64,000 nucleotides of DNA, from positions 10,412-74,411 of the forward strand of contig JAADHF010000132.1 in NCBI GenBank assembly GCA_013151965.1, given 5' to 3'. The stretch is from Spirochaetota bacterium (GTDB lineage Bacteria > Spirochaetota > Spirochaetia > SZUA-6). The notes below the pieces were generated by a model. That model was not told where the DNA came from and searched no databases. It was given only the letters and a program-made list of their open reading frames with translations. The position numbers and the translations under genes were made by a program. Below are positions 39,817 through 48,159 of this stretch, piece after piece; the stretch's first letter is position 1; each line of letters opens with the position of its first letter.

Positions 39817-40306
39817 CTCTATCCCCCTTGCTCTTGCTAACGAGACTTATAAACTGCTCTACCTCGCAAAAGAGAAGAGCACCGGTATGGCAGGCCTCGA
39901 CACAGGCCGGTATTTTCCTGTCCTGGCATAAATCACATTTTACAGCTATTTTTCCCTTTTTATCCGGAAGAAGAGAGACTCTGATTACACCGAAAGGACA
40001 TGTCATAACACACATCCAGCACCCCACGCACTTTTCCTCATCAGAAAGAACCAGGCCCGTCTCAGGGTCTTTCCTTATAGCTCCGGCAATACAGGCATCG
40101 ATACAGTAAGGCTCTTCGCAATGGCGGCACTGCAGAGGGAAGCTGCCTCCCTCGTCCACTGTTTTAACTTCTATACGGGAAACAGGAAGAGGCATCTCCG
40201 AAATCGCTTTAAATAAATCTCCTGCAGAAGATTGCTCCACAGCACAGGCTATCATACAGCCATTACATCCCAAACACTTATCCAGGTTTACAAATACTCT
40301 TTTCAT
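39794..40306 (-). CDS. cooF: CooF-like 4x[4Fe-4S] electron transfer protein
   Basis: CLGCNGCMIAC, CRHCEEPYCIDAC, CVGCWMCVMTCP, KCDLC..PACVEAC. Confidence 0.88.
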   Translation of the reverse strand: MKRVFVNLDKCLGCNGCMIACAVEQSSAGDLFKAISEMPLPVSRIEVKTVDEGGSFPLQCRHCEEPYCIDACIAGAIRKDPETGLVLSDEEKCVGCWMCVMTCPFGVIRVSLLPDKKGKIAVKCDLCQDRKIPACVEACHTGALLFCEVEQFISLVSKSKGDRDVLLNSR

Positions 40307-40317
40307 TATCCTCCCCT

Positions 40318-42225
40318 TTACCGGTACATCAAAGGCTTAAGCTTAAGGGCTTTTCTTTTTTTATCTATGTGATCTATCATAATGCGGGCTGCTTTTACAG
40401 GATCACCCTCAAAGACAAACTTTCCGCCTACGATATCTTCCGCCTCGCTGCATAGAAAATCGGTTACCTTCCTGCTCCCCAGGATCTGGAAAGGGCTGCC
40501 GAGTACTGTTAATACGCCCGATGCTATAAAGTAGGAAGCTATGGATACGGCCTTTTCGCTCATCCATTCGGGAGCTGCTCCTGCAACCGGGAGATCGCTT
40601 AAATCTTCTCCCAACCCGCCTTCCCGGATAACGTTAGTCAGGGCAATTAAAATTCGGCTGTTGTCGACACAGGAGCCGACATGAAGGATCGGAGGAATTC
40701 CCACCGCTTCACATATTTCCCGAAGCCCCTTGCCGGCATATTTAACGGCAGCCTCCGGCTGTAATAAACCTGCCTCGGAATCGGCAATTGCCGAACATCC
40801 TGTTACAACCACTAAAACATCATTTTTAATCAGTTCTTTTGCCATTTCTATGTGGCCGTAGTTATGTTTAATCTTGGGGTTATTGCATCCCACAACTCCG
40901 GCAAGACCCCGGATTCTTCCCTGGATTATAGCATCGTTTAACGGTCTGTAAGTGGCACGGTAGGCTCCGCCTAAGAAATTATAAATATTCTCCGCAGTAA
41001 ACCCGGCCACTAAATCCTCGCTTTTATCAGGGATGTGAATACCGTTGCCATTCCTGTTCGGGAAATTTTCAATAGCCATCTTAACTATACCTTTAGCTAT
41101 ATCGTAGGCCTTTTCCGCCTTAAACTCGACATGGGTAACACCGGGCGCCTTATTCTTTGGAGAAGTTGTTACAAGTTTTGTATGAAAAGCGGAAGCAACT
41201 CCGGATAGAGCAGGCATTATGCACTGAACATCCACCATCATTAAATCCACTGCTCCCGTAAGAATGGCAAGTTCCTGCTGCAAAAAATTTCCTGCAACGG
41301 GGATTCCATGGCGCATTAGAATCTCGGATGATGTACAGCACATTCCGACAAGATTTATTCCTTTAGCTCCCTTCTTTTTGGCAAGTTCAATCATTTCAGG
41401 GCTTCTCACCGCATCCACCACTACATCGGATAAAGTCGGTTCATGGCCGTGAACCACTATATTAACCTCATCCGGGGAAAGAACGCCAAGGTTAGACTTT
41501 GCCGTTATAGGTTCGGGAGATTTGAATAATACATCGGAAAGATCAGTGGCAATCATAGAGCCGCCCCACCCATCAGCCAGAGCGGTTCTAAAACCATGCA
41601 TTAAGATATTTTTATAATCATTATCAACTCCCATGACAGTCCTGTGCATGGTTTCTACAATTTCCCGGTCCACTCCTCTTGGTACAATTCCTAACTCTCT
41701 CCAGAGTTTAAGTCTCTTTTCAGGCGCTCTTTGAGGTACTTTCATCTCTCCATGCTGGCGGCCGAATTCGAGAAAGAATTTTTCTGAAAGTTCCTCGGCG
41801 ATTTCATTTATTTCTCTTCCGTCGATTTTAACATTATATTCCCTGGCTAAAACTTTTAACTTTGTTTCATCCTTTATTCCATAGGCATCTGTTTTTCCCT
41901 TAGCTGCCAGCATAAAAGCATGAATAATATCTCTTCCGTGGTCGGAATGAGCTGCTGCTCCTCCTGCAATCATTCTGATAAAGTTTCTGGCGACAATAGT
42001 ATCGACCGATGCTCCGCAAATCCCGGTCTGCTCTTTCTCGGAAAAAGGGTTAATTTTACAGGGTCCCATTTCGCAGTTTCGACAGCATATTCCCAATTTT
42101 CCGAATCCGCATTGCGGCAGCATAGATTCGAGACGGTCCCATGCTGTCGGAATATTTAATTCCTTTGCTCTTTGCAGCATATCCTGAGTCGTTTTATCGA
42201 TGCTTCTTTCTTTTGTCTTATCCAT
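40318..42225 (-). CDS. cooS: Anaerobic Ni-Fe carbon monoxide dehydrogenase catalytic subunit (CooS/AcsA)
   Basis: QCGFG..GICCRNC.MGPC (D/B clusters), AHSDHGR, and C-cluster ligands HGHEP, GMCCT, DVQC, GCNN, TGC, GSCVDN. EWMSEKA. Confidence 0.98.
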   Translation of the reverse strand: MDKTKERSIDKTTQDMLQRAKELNIPTAWDRLESMLPQCGFGKLGICCRNCEMGPCKINPFSEKEQTGICGASVDTIVARNFIRMIAGGAAAHSDHGRDIIHAFMLAAKGKTDAYGIKDETKLKVLAREYNVKIDGREINEIAEELSEKFFLEFGRQHGEMKVPQRAPEKRLKLWRELGIVPRGVDREIVETMHRTVMGVDNDYKNILMHGFRTALADGWGGSMIATDLSDVLFKSPEPITAKSNLGVLSPDEVNIVVHGHEPTLSDVVVDAVRSPEMIELAKKKGAKGINLVGMCCTSSEILMRHGIPVAGNFLQQELAILTGAVDLMMVDVQCIMPALSGVASAFHTKLVTTSPKNKAPGVTHVEFKAEKAYDIAKGIVKMAIENFPNRNGNGIHIPDKSEDLVAGFTAENIYNFLGGAYRATYRPLNDAIIQGRIRGLAGVVGCNNPKIKHNYGHIEMAKELIKNDVLVVVTGCSAIADSEAGLLQPEAAVKYAGKGLREICEAVGIPPILHVGSCVDNSRILIALTNVIREGGLGEDLSDLPVAGAAPEWMSEKAVSIASYFIASGVLTVLGSPFQILGSRKVTDFLCSEAEDIVGGKFVFEGDPVKAARIMIDHIDKKRKALKLKPLMYR

Positions 42226-42228
42226 AAT

Positions 42229-42999
42229 TTATTCCTTTCCTTTAGTTAGGTTTTTAACTATAACCTCTATTTCCTGCTTAAATTGTTCTCCCTTTTCCCA
42301 GAGAGAAAAACCATTAATATCCGCCTCAATAATATCCTTATTAAAGTTAATAAATCCGAGAAAATCGAAATCCGACATTTTATTTAAAAGATAATTTTTA
42401 TCAGCTGCTCCCCTTATTTTACTGCCCACCGCCGATACATCCGTAATTCCTATCTCCGAGGCGAGTTTTTTAATCCGGCGTGCTGTTTCGATGCTTTTTC
42501 CTCCGGGTTCGGCGACTACAATTAACTCATCCACCCCGCTTGTTGTTCCTCTGCCCAGATGCTCTATGCCTGCTTCCATATCGAGAATTACAACATCGTC
42601 TCTTTCTACCAGAAGGTGAGAAAGCAGCGCTTTTAAAAAGGAGTTCTCCGGACAGGCGCATCCCATTCCTCCGCCTCTTACCGTTCCCATGACGGCCAGT
42701 TTTATTCCATTATGTTCTATAAAATATTTATCCGGAATGTCATCGACCCTGGGATTTAATTTAAAAAACGGAGATGAACTGCCTGGTTTGGCCCCTGTTC
42801 TTTCTTCGATCAAACTTTTCATCTCGATTAAAGGGGTGATTTCGGAAGGATTCGGGAAAGAGAGAGTAAGAGCAAGATTGGTATCAGGATCGGCATCGAT
42901 AGCTAAAACTGATTTACCCTTTCCAGCGAAGCACTTAACAAGTCCCGCGACAAGGGTGGTTTTACCCACACCTCCCTTTCCACTAACGGCGATTTTCAT
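42229..42999 (-). CDS. cooC: CooC nickel-insertion ATPase
   Basis: SGKGGVGKT, DADPD.NL, GCACPEN, DMEAGIEHLGRG. Confidence 0.95.
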   Translation of the reverse strand: MKIAVSGKGGVGKTTLVAGLVKCFAGKGKSVLAIDADPDTNLALTLSFPNPSEITPLIEMKSLIEERTGAKPGSSSPFFKLNPRVDDIPDKYFIEHNGIKLAVMGTVRGGGMGCACPENSFLKALLSHLLVERDDVVILDMEAGIEHLGRGTTSGVDELIVVAEPGGKSIETARRIKKLASEIGITDVSAVGSKIRGAADKNYLLNKMSDFDFLGFINFNKDIIEADINGFSLWEKGEQFKQEIEVIVKNLTKGKE

Positions 43000-43094
43000 T
43001 TATCTAGAGATCCTCTAATTATGGACACTAGTTATTGATGAATTATAATATATGTTTTTTACTAAATTCATCGTAGCAAAACTTATAAAAAGGC

Positions 43095-43123
43095 ATTATA
43101 ACAAAGCATAAAATTCGTGTCAA
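43095..43123 (-). promoter_or_regulatory. Consensus sigma70 promoter of the coo/acs operon
   Basis: Minus strand TTGACA-cgaattttatgctttgt(17)-TATAAT with TGn extension, 96 nt upstream of cooC. Confidence 0.8.
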
Positions 43124-43374
43124 TAGAATTCAAAATAGAGAGAGAATCAGCGGACCGGTTTTCTCCTGTCTGCAGAGAATTAGAAACAGTACAGTTTACA
43201 AACATTCCTGTTCTTTACTATACAAAAGTTCATACCTTGATAGATTCAATTGGATTGTTCAGGGGGATTCGACATAAATATTCCATAAAACAAGAAGATT
43301 AAAAAATATTAGGTTGTGCAGTATAAAACAGGATATATATTGGAAAATGTAGAAGGAAAATATATACTACCTTT

Positions 43375-43626
43375 GTGAAAGAAGTTGATAAAATTATTCT
43401 TGAAATAATAGAAAAGCTTAAAATAATTAACCCATATAGGATTATTCTATTCGGTTCATATGCGGAAAATACATATAATGATGATAGTGACTATGAAATA
43501 AGTAAAAAAATTCCGATTGATTTGGGTTTATTACCGGATGGAAAACCTACAAAAGAAACAGCATTGTCTTTTTATAAAGAGGCGGGAAAAATAAATAACC
43601 AGATAAAAGCCTTTCTCTCCAAATGA
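43375..43626 (+). pseudogene. Degenerate MNT (nucleotidyltransferase)/HEPN toxin-antitoxin remnant
   Basis: IILFGSYA...DDSD (MNT motif) joined to YEISKKIPID, then LGLLPDGKPT.E.A..FY..A (HEPN-like C-terminus). Only 83 aa in total. Confidence 0.6.
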
Positions 43627-43717
43627 TTATAGTAGAATTCGAAATTATTGTGCATGTCAAACATTTTAAGTAGACTATAACAGGTGAGATTTATTCGGAA
43701 AGTAAGGAGTTAAACAG

Positions 43718-44503
43718 ATGGAATTAAAATTATACCAGGTTGATGCATTTGCGGATAATGTTTTTAAAGGTAATCCTGCAGCGGTCTGTCCGCTCGATAA
43801 ATGGCTGCCGGATGAGATTATGCAGTTAATCGCCGAAGAAAATAATTTACCGGAAACGGCTTTTTATGTTCCTGCCGGTGATGAGTTTCAAATTAGATGG
43901 TTTACGCCGAAATCGGAAGTTAAACTATGCGGTCATGCTACTTTAGCTTCAGCTTATGTTATCTTTGATATTCTAAAGTACCATGGGGAAACGATAACAT
44001 TCAGATCAAAATCGGGGAAGCTGGAGGTCAAAAAGGATAATGACCGGCTTGCCATGGATTTTCCGGCTCAGCCGCCTGCTCCGTGTATAATTCCAAAAGA
44101 CCTTGAAAATGCACTTAATAAAAGGCCTGCAGCATGTTTAAGGTCAGAGGACTATATAGTTGTTTATGAAAACGAAGAAGATATAACCGCTCTTACACCC
44201 GATAACGATTTAATGAAAAGACTGGATTTAAGAGGTGTTATAATTACATCGGGATCTAAGAAATATGATTTTGTATTAAGATTTTTTGCTCCCAAATTCG
44301 GTATTCCGGAGGATCCTGTCACCGGATCCGCATTAACGCAATTAATACCTTATTGGGCTGAAGAGCTTGGAAAAGTAAAAATGAGTGCCAGGCAGGTATC
44401 GAAACGCGGAGGAGATATACTCTGTGAACTGAAAGGCGGCAGGGTTACTATCAGCGGCAGAGCAGTAAAATATCTCGAAGGGGAAATATCAATTAAAGCA
44501 TAA
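43718..44503 (+). CDS. PhzF-family isomerase
   Basis: QVDAF..FKGNPAAV, N.PETAF, RWFTP..EV.LCGHATLA, EDPVTGSA. Confidence 0.92.
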   Translation: MELKLYQVDAFADNVFKGNPAAVCPLDKWLPDEIMQLIAEENNLPETAFYVPAGDEFQIRWFTPKSEVKLCGHATLASAYVIFDILKYHGETITFRSKSGKLEVKKDNDRLAMDFPAQPPAPCIIPKDLENALNKRPAACLRSEDYIVVYENEEDITALTPDNDLMKRLDLRGVIITSGSKKYDFVLRFFAPKFGIPEDPVTGSALTQLIPYWAEELGKVKMSARQVSKRGGDILCELKGGRVTISGRAVKYLEGEISIKA

Positions 44504-44554
44504 CCTGCGTCAGTTCAAGGACGGCAGGGGGTGCTGCCGTAAGCTTAACTGCAG

Positions 44555-45790
44555 TTAACTGCCCATGAGTCTTCGTTCGCCGGAGAGTTTTCGCTTTTCG
44601 GTAAGATCCTGGGTAACCTCGATAGTACCTAAGTATTCACCGTTTTTGTCTCTTACTGCAAAGTATTCTATGTGAATAAATCTTCCGTTTTTATTTATCC
44701 AGAAAGCCTCACTGTCTTTTTTTCCGGAATGGAAATCTTTAAGAATACTTTCCACTTTGTGAACACTTGCAGGGGGATGACACATCTGTACTTTTCTGCC
44801 GAGGATCGACCTGTTCCTGTCAAAAATTCTATTCCGGCCCTGTGTAAAATAGCGTACTGCATCAAACTTATCTACAAATGTGATATCAAAGGGAAGTATA
44901 TTTAAAAGAGCTGTCAATTCCGGAACAGAGAAGGTTCCGGAGGGCAGTCTGACTTTACCCCCCTGAAATTCAAGAGTTTCTTCTTCGGTAATGCCGGAAG
45001 GTTTCCATTCATCCGACGGATCATAGAGACAGAAACCTATTTCGGGGCTCTCGCGATAAATCGAGTACCATTCGCTGTCGGATAATACATCCATGGTCGT
45101 GGGGAAAAGAATTTCCTCTTCCTTATAGATCATTTCATCGATCGAATCCAGGGCCTTTATAATCGAATCACCTGCAGATTCGTTAAAGCTTTTTAATTCA
45201 GGGCTGCCTGTTTCCTGCATACTTATTATTGCATCCCGGGCAGTTGCAAGCAGTTTGCGGGTTTCATCATGCTTGGCCCACATCACAGTCGGGGGTCCTG
45301 TTATTCCCTTTTTTTCCAGGTACGGAAACAGCAGATTTTCCTTTCGCCTGTAATGTTTATCTACATCGAAGAGGCTGTTTATCATAAGCCGCAGTTCTTT
45401 AAGTGCATCTGAAATATTGATTTCTACGGCATTACCGCTTAAATCCTGTAAGAGATTCCTTATCCTCTCTATAAGGATCTTAAGCTGGGCATTCTCGTTT
45501 TTAAATGTATCTATGGGATGCCCGGCCGCAGCTGATCTGGAATCTTTCAGATCTATAATTCCTTTTAAGGCTTTGCCGTGTATATCACAGAGTTTTAAGA
45601 CTTCCTCCGTGGGAAGGCCTTCCTGTATCAGCTCCTGTTCTATCCCCACAACGATTCCATATGGTACTTCACCGAGCATACGGGTAAGCTGCTTTTTTAC
45701 TTCCTCGGGAGTTTCGCCGCGGTGCAGGCGGAGTATCATTTCTTTTAACAGTTCTCTTTTCCTGGACATATCCGTAATAAGTTCGCTCAT
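44555..45790 (-). CDS. DUF438/hemerythrin/PAS domain protein
   Basis: LCDIH, GHPI.TF..EN, HY.RKENLLFP, VMW.KHDE, KEE.ILFP, and C-terminal PAS (LPFDITFVD, CHPP.S). Confidence 0.85.
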   Translation of the reverse strand: MSELITDMSRKRELLKEMILRLHRGETPEEVKKQLTRMLGEVPYGIVVGIEQELIQEGLPTEEVLKLCDIHGKALKGIIDLKDSRSAAAGHPIDTFKNENAQLKILIERIRNLLQDLSGNAVEINISDALKELRLMINSLFDVDKHYRRKENLLFPYLEKKGITGPPTVMWAKHDETRKLLATARDAIISMQETGSPELKSFNESAGDSIIKALDSIDEMIYKEEEILFPTTMDVLSDSEWYSIYRESPEIGFCLYDPSDEWKPSGITEEETLEFQGGKVRLPSGTFSVPELTALLNILPFDITFVDKFDAVRYFTQGRNRIFDRNRSILGRKVQMCHPPASVHKVESILKDFHSGKKDSEAFWINKNGRFIHIEYFAVRDKNGEYLGTIEVTQDLTEKRKLSGERRLMGS

Positions 45791-45834
45791 GGGTTGTCTC
45801 CCCTATCTTTAAGATTTATGTAATTAACATTATC

Positions 45835-45863
45835 AATATAATAAGAATTAAAAACCGGGTCAA
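45835..45863 (-). promoter_or_regulatory. Sigma70-type promoter of the DUF438 gene
   Basis: TTGACC-N17-TATATT. Confidence 0.5.
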
Positions 45864-45877
45864 TGTTTAAAAATGGT

Positions 45878-46675
45878 TTAAGGATAAACTATTTCCACCC
45901 GGCGGTTTAAGTTCTGTTTGTCCGGGTCTGTTGTTACAGGATATTTCCCTCCGTAACCTTTAACTTCCGGAGTATGTTCCGGGCGCCATCCCCGGCTTAT
46001 TAAAAACATTAATGTATTTGCCGCACGCTGTCCGGAGAGTTCTGTTCTTCCCTTTTCTGTCCCGTAAAGTGCACAGTGGCCGCGAATGATAATCCTGCCT
46101 TTTTTTATTCTGTTAAGTCCGGGAATAATTGCGGTAAGTTTTTTTTCCGCTTCAGTGGTAAGCACGGAACTGTCCGGCGCAAAGTAGATAACTTCGTTTA
46201 TCCTGACCGGCGGCACAGGTCCGGGTGTACTTTTATGAACACCTTCATTAACGGTAATATTTCCTCTTTGTGTTTTTGTTACGGCTAAAACCGCGATACC
46301 TGTTAATAATAATACAAGCAGGCCGATTGCGATTCTGTCCCCGAAACTCTTGCCCGGAATGTACCTGTTAAGGTTAATGATTCTGCTGATTCTTTTCCGC
46401 CCGTTTACAAATATTCGAATATGGAGTCTGTTCCTTTTACTCACGGAGCATAACGCTTTAATCTCGGATTTCCCGGCTTTTTCCGGTGGTATGTCCTGTA
46501 TGATAAGCGAATCGACCTGTACACTAATACTGCGGTCTATAAGGTAGATATTGACAGTACCCTTCGTCTGAAAATCGTATGATGTTGTCAGTAGAATCTC
46601 TCTCTTTGCACCCGGAATCAGGGAGATAAGATTTTGGTACTTGTTTCCTTCGAGTTTCACTGCTATCTGGATCAT
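45878..46675 (-). CDS. Single-pass membrane protein: Hsp70 peptide-binding-like N-domain + OmpA/MotB-like C-domain
   Basis: TM helix IAIGLLVLLLTGIAVLAV. C-terminal IYFAPDSS.L, IRGHCA, LS.QRA, NRRVEI. N-terminus resembles the DnaK SBD-beta domain. Confidence 0.75.
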   Translation of the reverse strand: MIQIAVKLEGNKYQNLISLIPGAKREILLTTSYDFQTKGTVNIYLIDRSISVQVDSLIIQDIPPEKAGKSEIKALCSVSKRNRLHIRIFVNGRKRISRIINLNRYIPGKSFGDRIAIGLLVLLLTGIAVLAVTKTQRGNITVNEGVHKSTPGPVPPVRINEVIYFAPDSSVLTTEAEKKLTAIIPGLNRIKKGRIIIRGHCALYGTEKGRTELSGQRAANTLMFLISRGWRPEHTPEVKGYGGKYPVTTDPDKQNLNRRVEIVYP

Positions 46676-46797
46676 ACCGGTTCATATTGTACCATTTAGC
46701 TTGAATTTAATACCAGTGGAAACGGTCTGCTTTTATTCGTATAATAGTGTAATTTTTTAGAATCATACGGATGATGCAGACAGATGGGAGAAGATTT

Positions 46798-47409
46798 ATG
46801 CTGAATGAAGAAAAAAAAATAATCAGAAAGAGAATAGTAAATCTTATTAAATCCAGGGCGGAAGAAGAACTTGAATCTCTCAGTATGAAGATATCGGAAA
46901 ATGCAGCCGCACTCGATGCGTGGAAAGAATCGGATTGTATTCTGATATTTCTGTCCATGAGAGGAGAATTTAATACAGAGCATCTGATATCCCGGGCGCA
47001 GTCGGAAGGTAAATGCATAGCCGTTCCGAGAATGGAGGGGAAACATATAAATTTCCATAAGATATTTAATCCGGATGCAGGTTATAACCGGGATATCTAT
47101 TCTAATCTGGTTGTTAATAAATTCGGCATCAGGGAGCCTGCGGATGATCTGCCCGTTGTTTACCCCGGAGATTATCCTGATAATAGATTTTTTGTTGTCC
47201 TTCCCGGGCTTGCCTTCGACAGGGAGAAGAACAGGCTTGGCAGGGGGGGCGGTTACTATGATAGATATATTGCAGAATTACAGAAAAGCGGAAAGAATTA
47301 CACACTGGCAGGGATGTGTTTTTCATTTCAGCTTATTAATAAAATCCCTTCGGGTATCTTTGATAAAAAGGCCGATATTGTTGTCACTGAAGAGGAGGTT
47401 ATTCTGTAA
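46798..47409 (+). CDS. ygfA: 5-formyltetrahydrofolate cyclo-ligase
   Basis: FGIREP, PGLAFD..NRLGRGGGYYDR, D..VTE. Start set at ATG 46798 after GGGAG. Confidence 0.93.
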   Translation: MLNEEKKIIRKRIVNLIKSRAEEELESLSMKISENAAALDAWKESDCILIFLSMRGEFNTEHLISRAQSEGKCIAVPRMEGKHINFHKIFNPDAGYNRDIYSNLVVNKFGIREPADDLPVVYPGDYPDNRFFVVLPGLAFDREKNRLGRGGGYYDRYIAELQKSGKNYTLAGMCFSFQLINKIPSGIFDKKADIVVTEEEVIL

Positions 47410-47502
47410 ACGTACCGTTATCTGCACGGATCAATTATTCTTGATCTGCACTATGTATTTTATTACATTAATATAAAATCAGTAAAAAAAGGGGAATGTT
47501 GT

Positions 47503-48093
47503 ATGTCTGTTATAAAATCTGCATATGAAATAGCCATGGAAAACACTAAGAATGTAAGCGGCGGCAAAGAATCGCTTGAAGCCAGTAAATATAAGACCGA
47601 AGGTAAAAAAATAGTATCACAGTATCTGGATGATTCTATCGAAGATATCAAGGCTGAGATTAAGGAGTATAAAGAAAAGAAGCTTGACTGGGTAAAAGAT
47701 GGAATACTGGATGCTCTTCTGGCAAATATTGTACTTCCCGTAAATGAATTCTCATTAGGGAAGATAAGAAAGGCGGGTGAGGGTTTGTTCGGTATTCTTA
47801 AGGATACCAAAAAACTGGGAACGATGCTGAACGAACTGGAACACTTTTATAAAGAGTATCTCGATGAGAGAGAGAGGCTTACGGAAGCTGTAAAGCAGCA
47901 GTTCGGCCCTAAATTAAGACAGAAGGAAGAAGAGCTTTCCAGGCAGCTTGGATCTCCTATAAAGATCGATCCTGCATCCGATCCCGAATATACGGCATTT
48001 CTCCGCAATAACTTATCCGGACTGGAAAAAAAGTACAATGACGTGCTTAAACGTGTAAAGGATGAAATACGTAATATTTATAAGCAGAAATAG
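47503..48093 (+). CDS. Conserved helical hypothetical protein
   Basis: 196 aa ORF with GGGG-type RBS. Starts IKSAYEIAME.T. Confidence 0.7.
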   Translation: MSVIKSAYEIAMENTKNVSGGKESLEASKYKTEGKKIVSQYLDDSIEDIKAEIKEYKEKKLDWVKDGILDALLANIVLPVNEFSLGKIRKAGEGLFGILKDTKKLGTMLNELEHFYKEYLDERERLTEAVKQQFGPKLRQKEEELSRQLGSPIKIDPASDPEYTAFLRNNLSGLEKKYNDVLKRVKDEIRNIYKQK

Positions 48094-48159
48094 TGCAGAT
48101 GTACAGGATCGGGCCGGCATGTCTGCATTATCCTGGTAATAATAAAAAGTTAAGGTACA

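Noticed and set aside
43000..43374. CooA or Rex operator, and the 61-aa ORF at 43117-43302
   Set aside because: No TGTCA-N6-CGACA or TTGTGAA-N4-TTCACAA match. The ORF begins within the -35 box and lacks an RBS.
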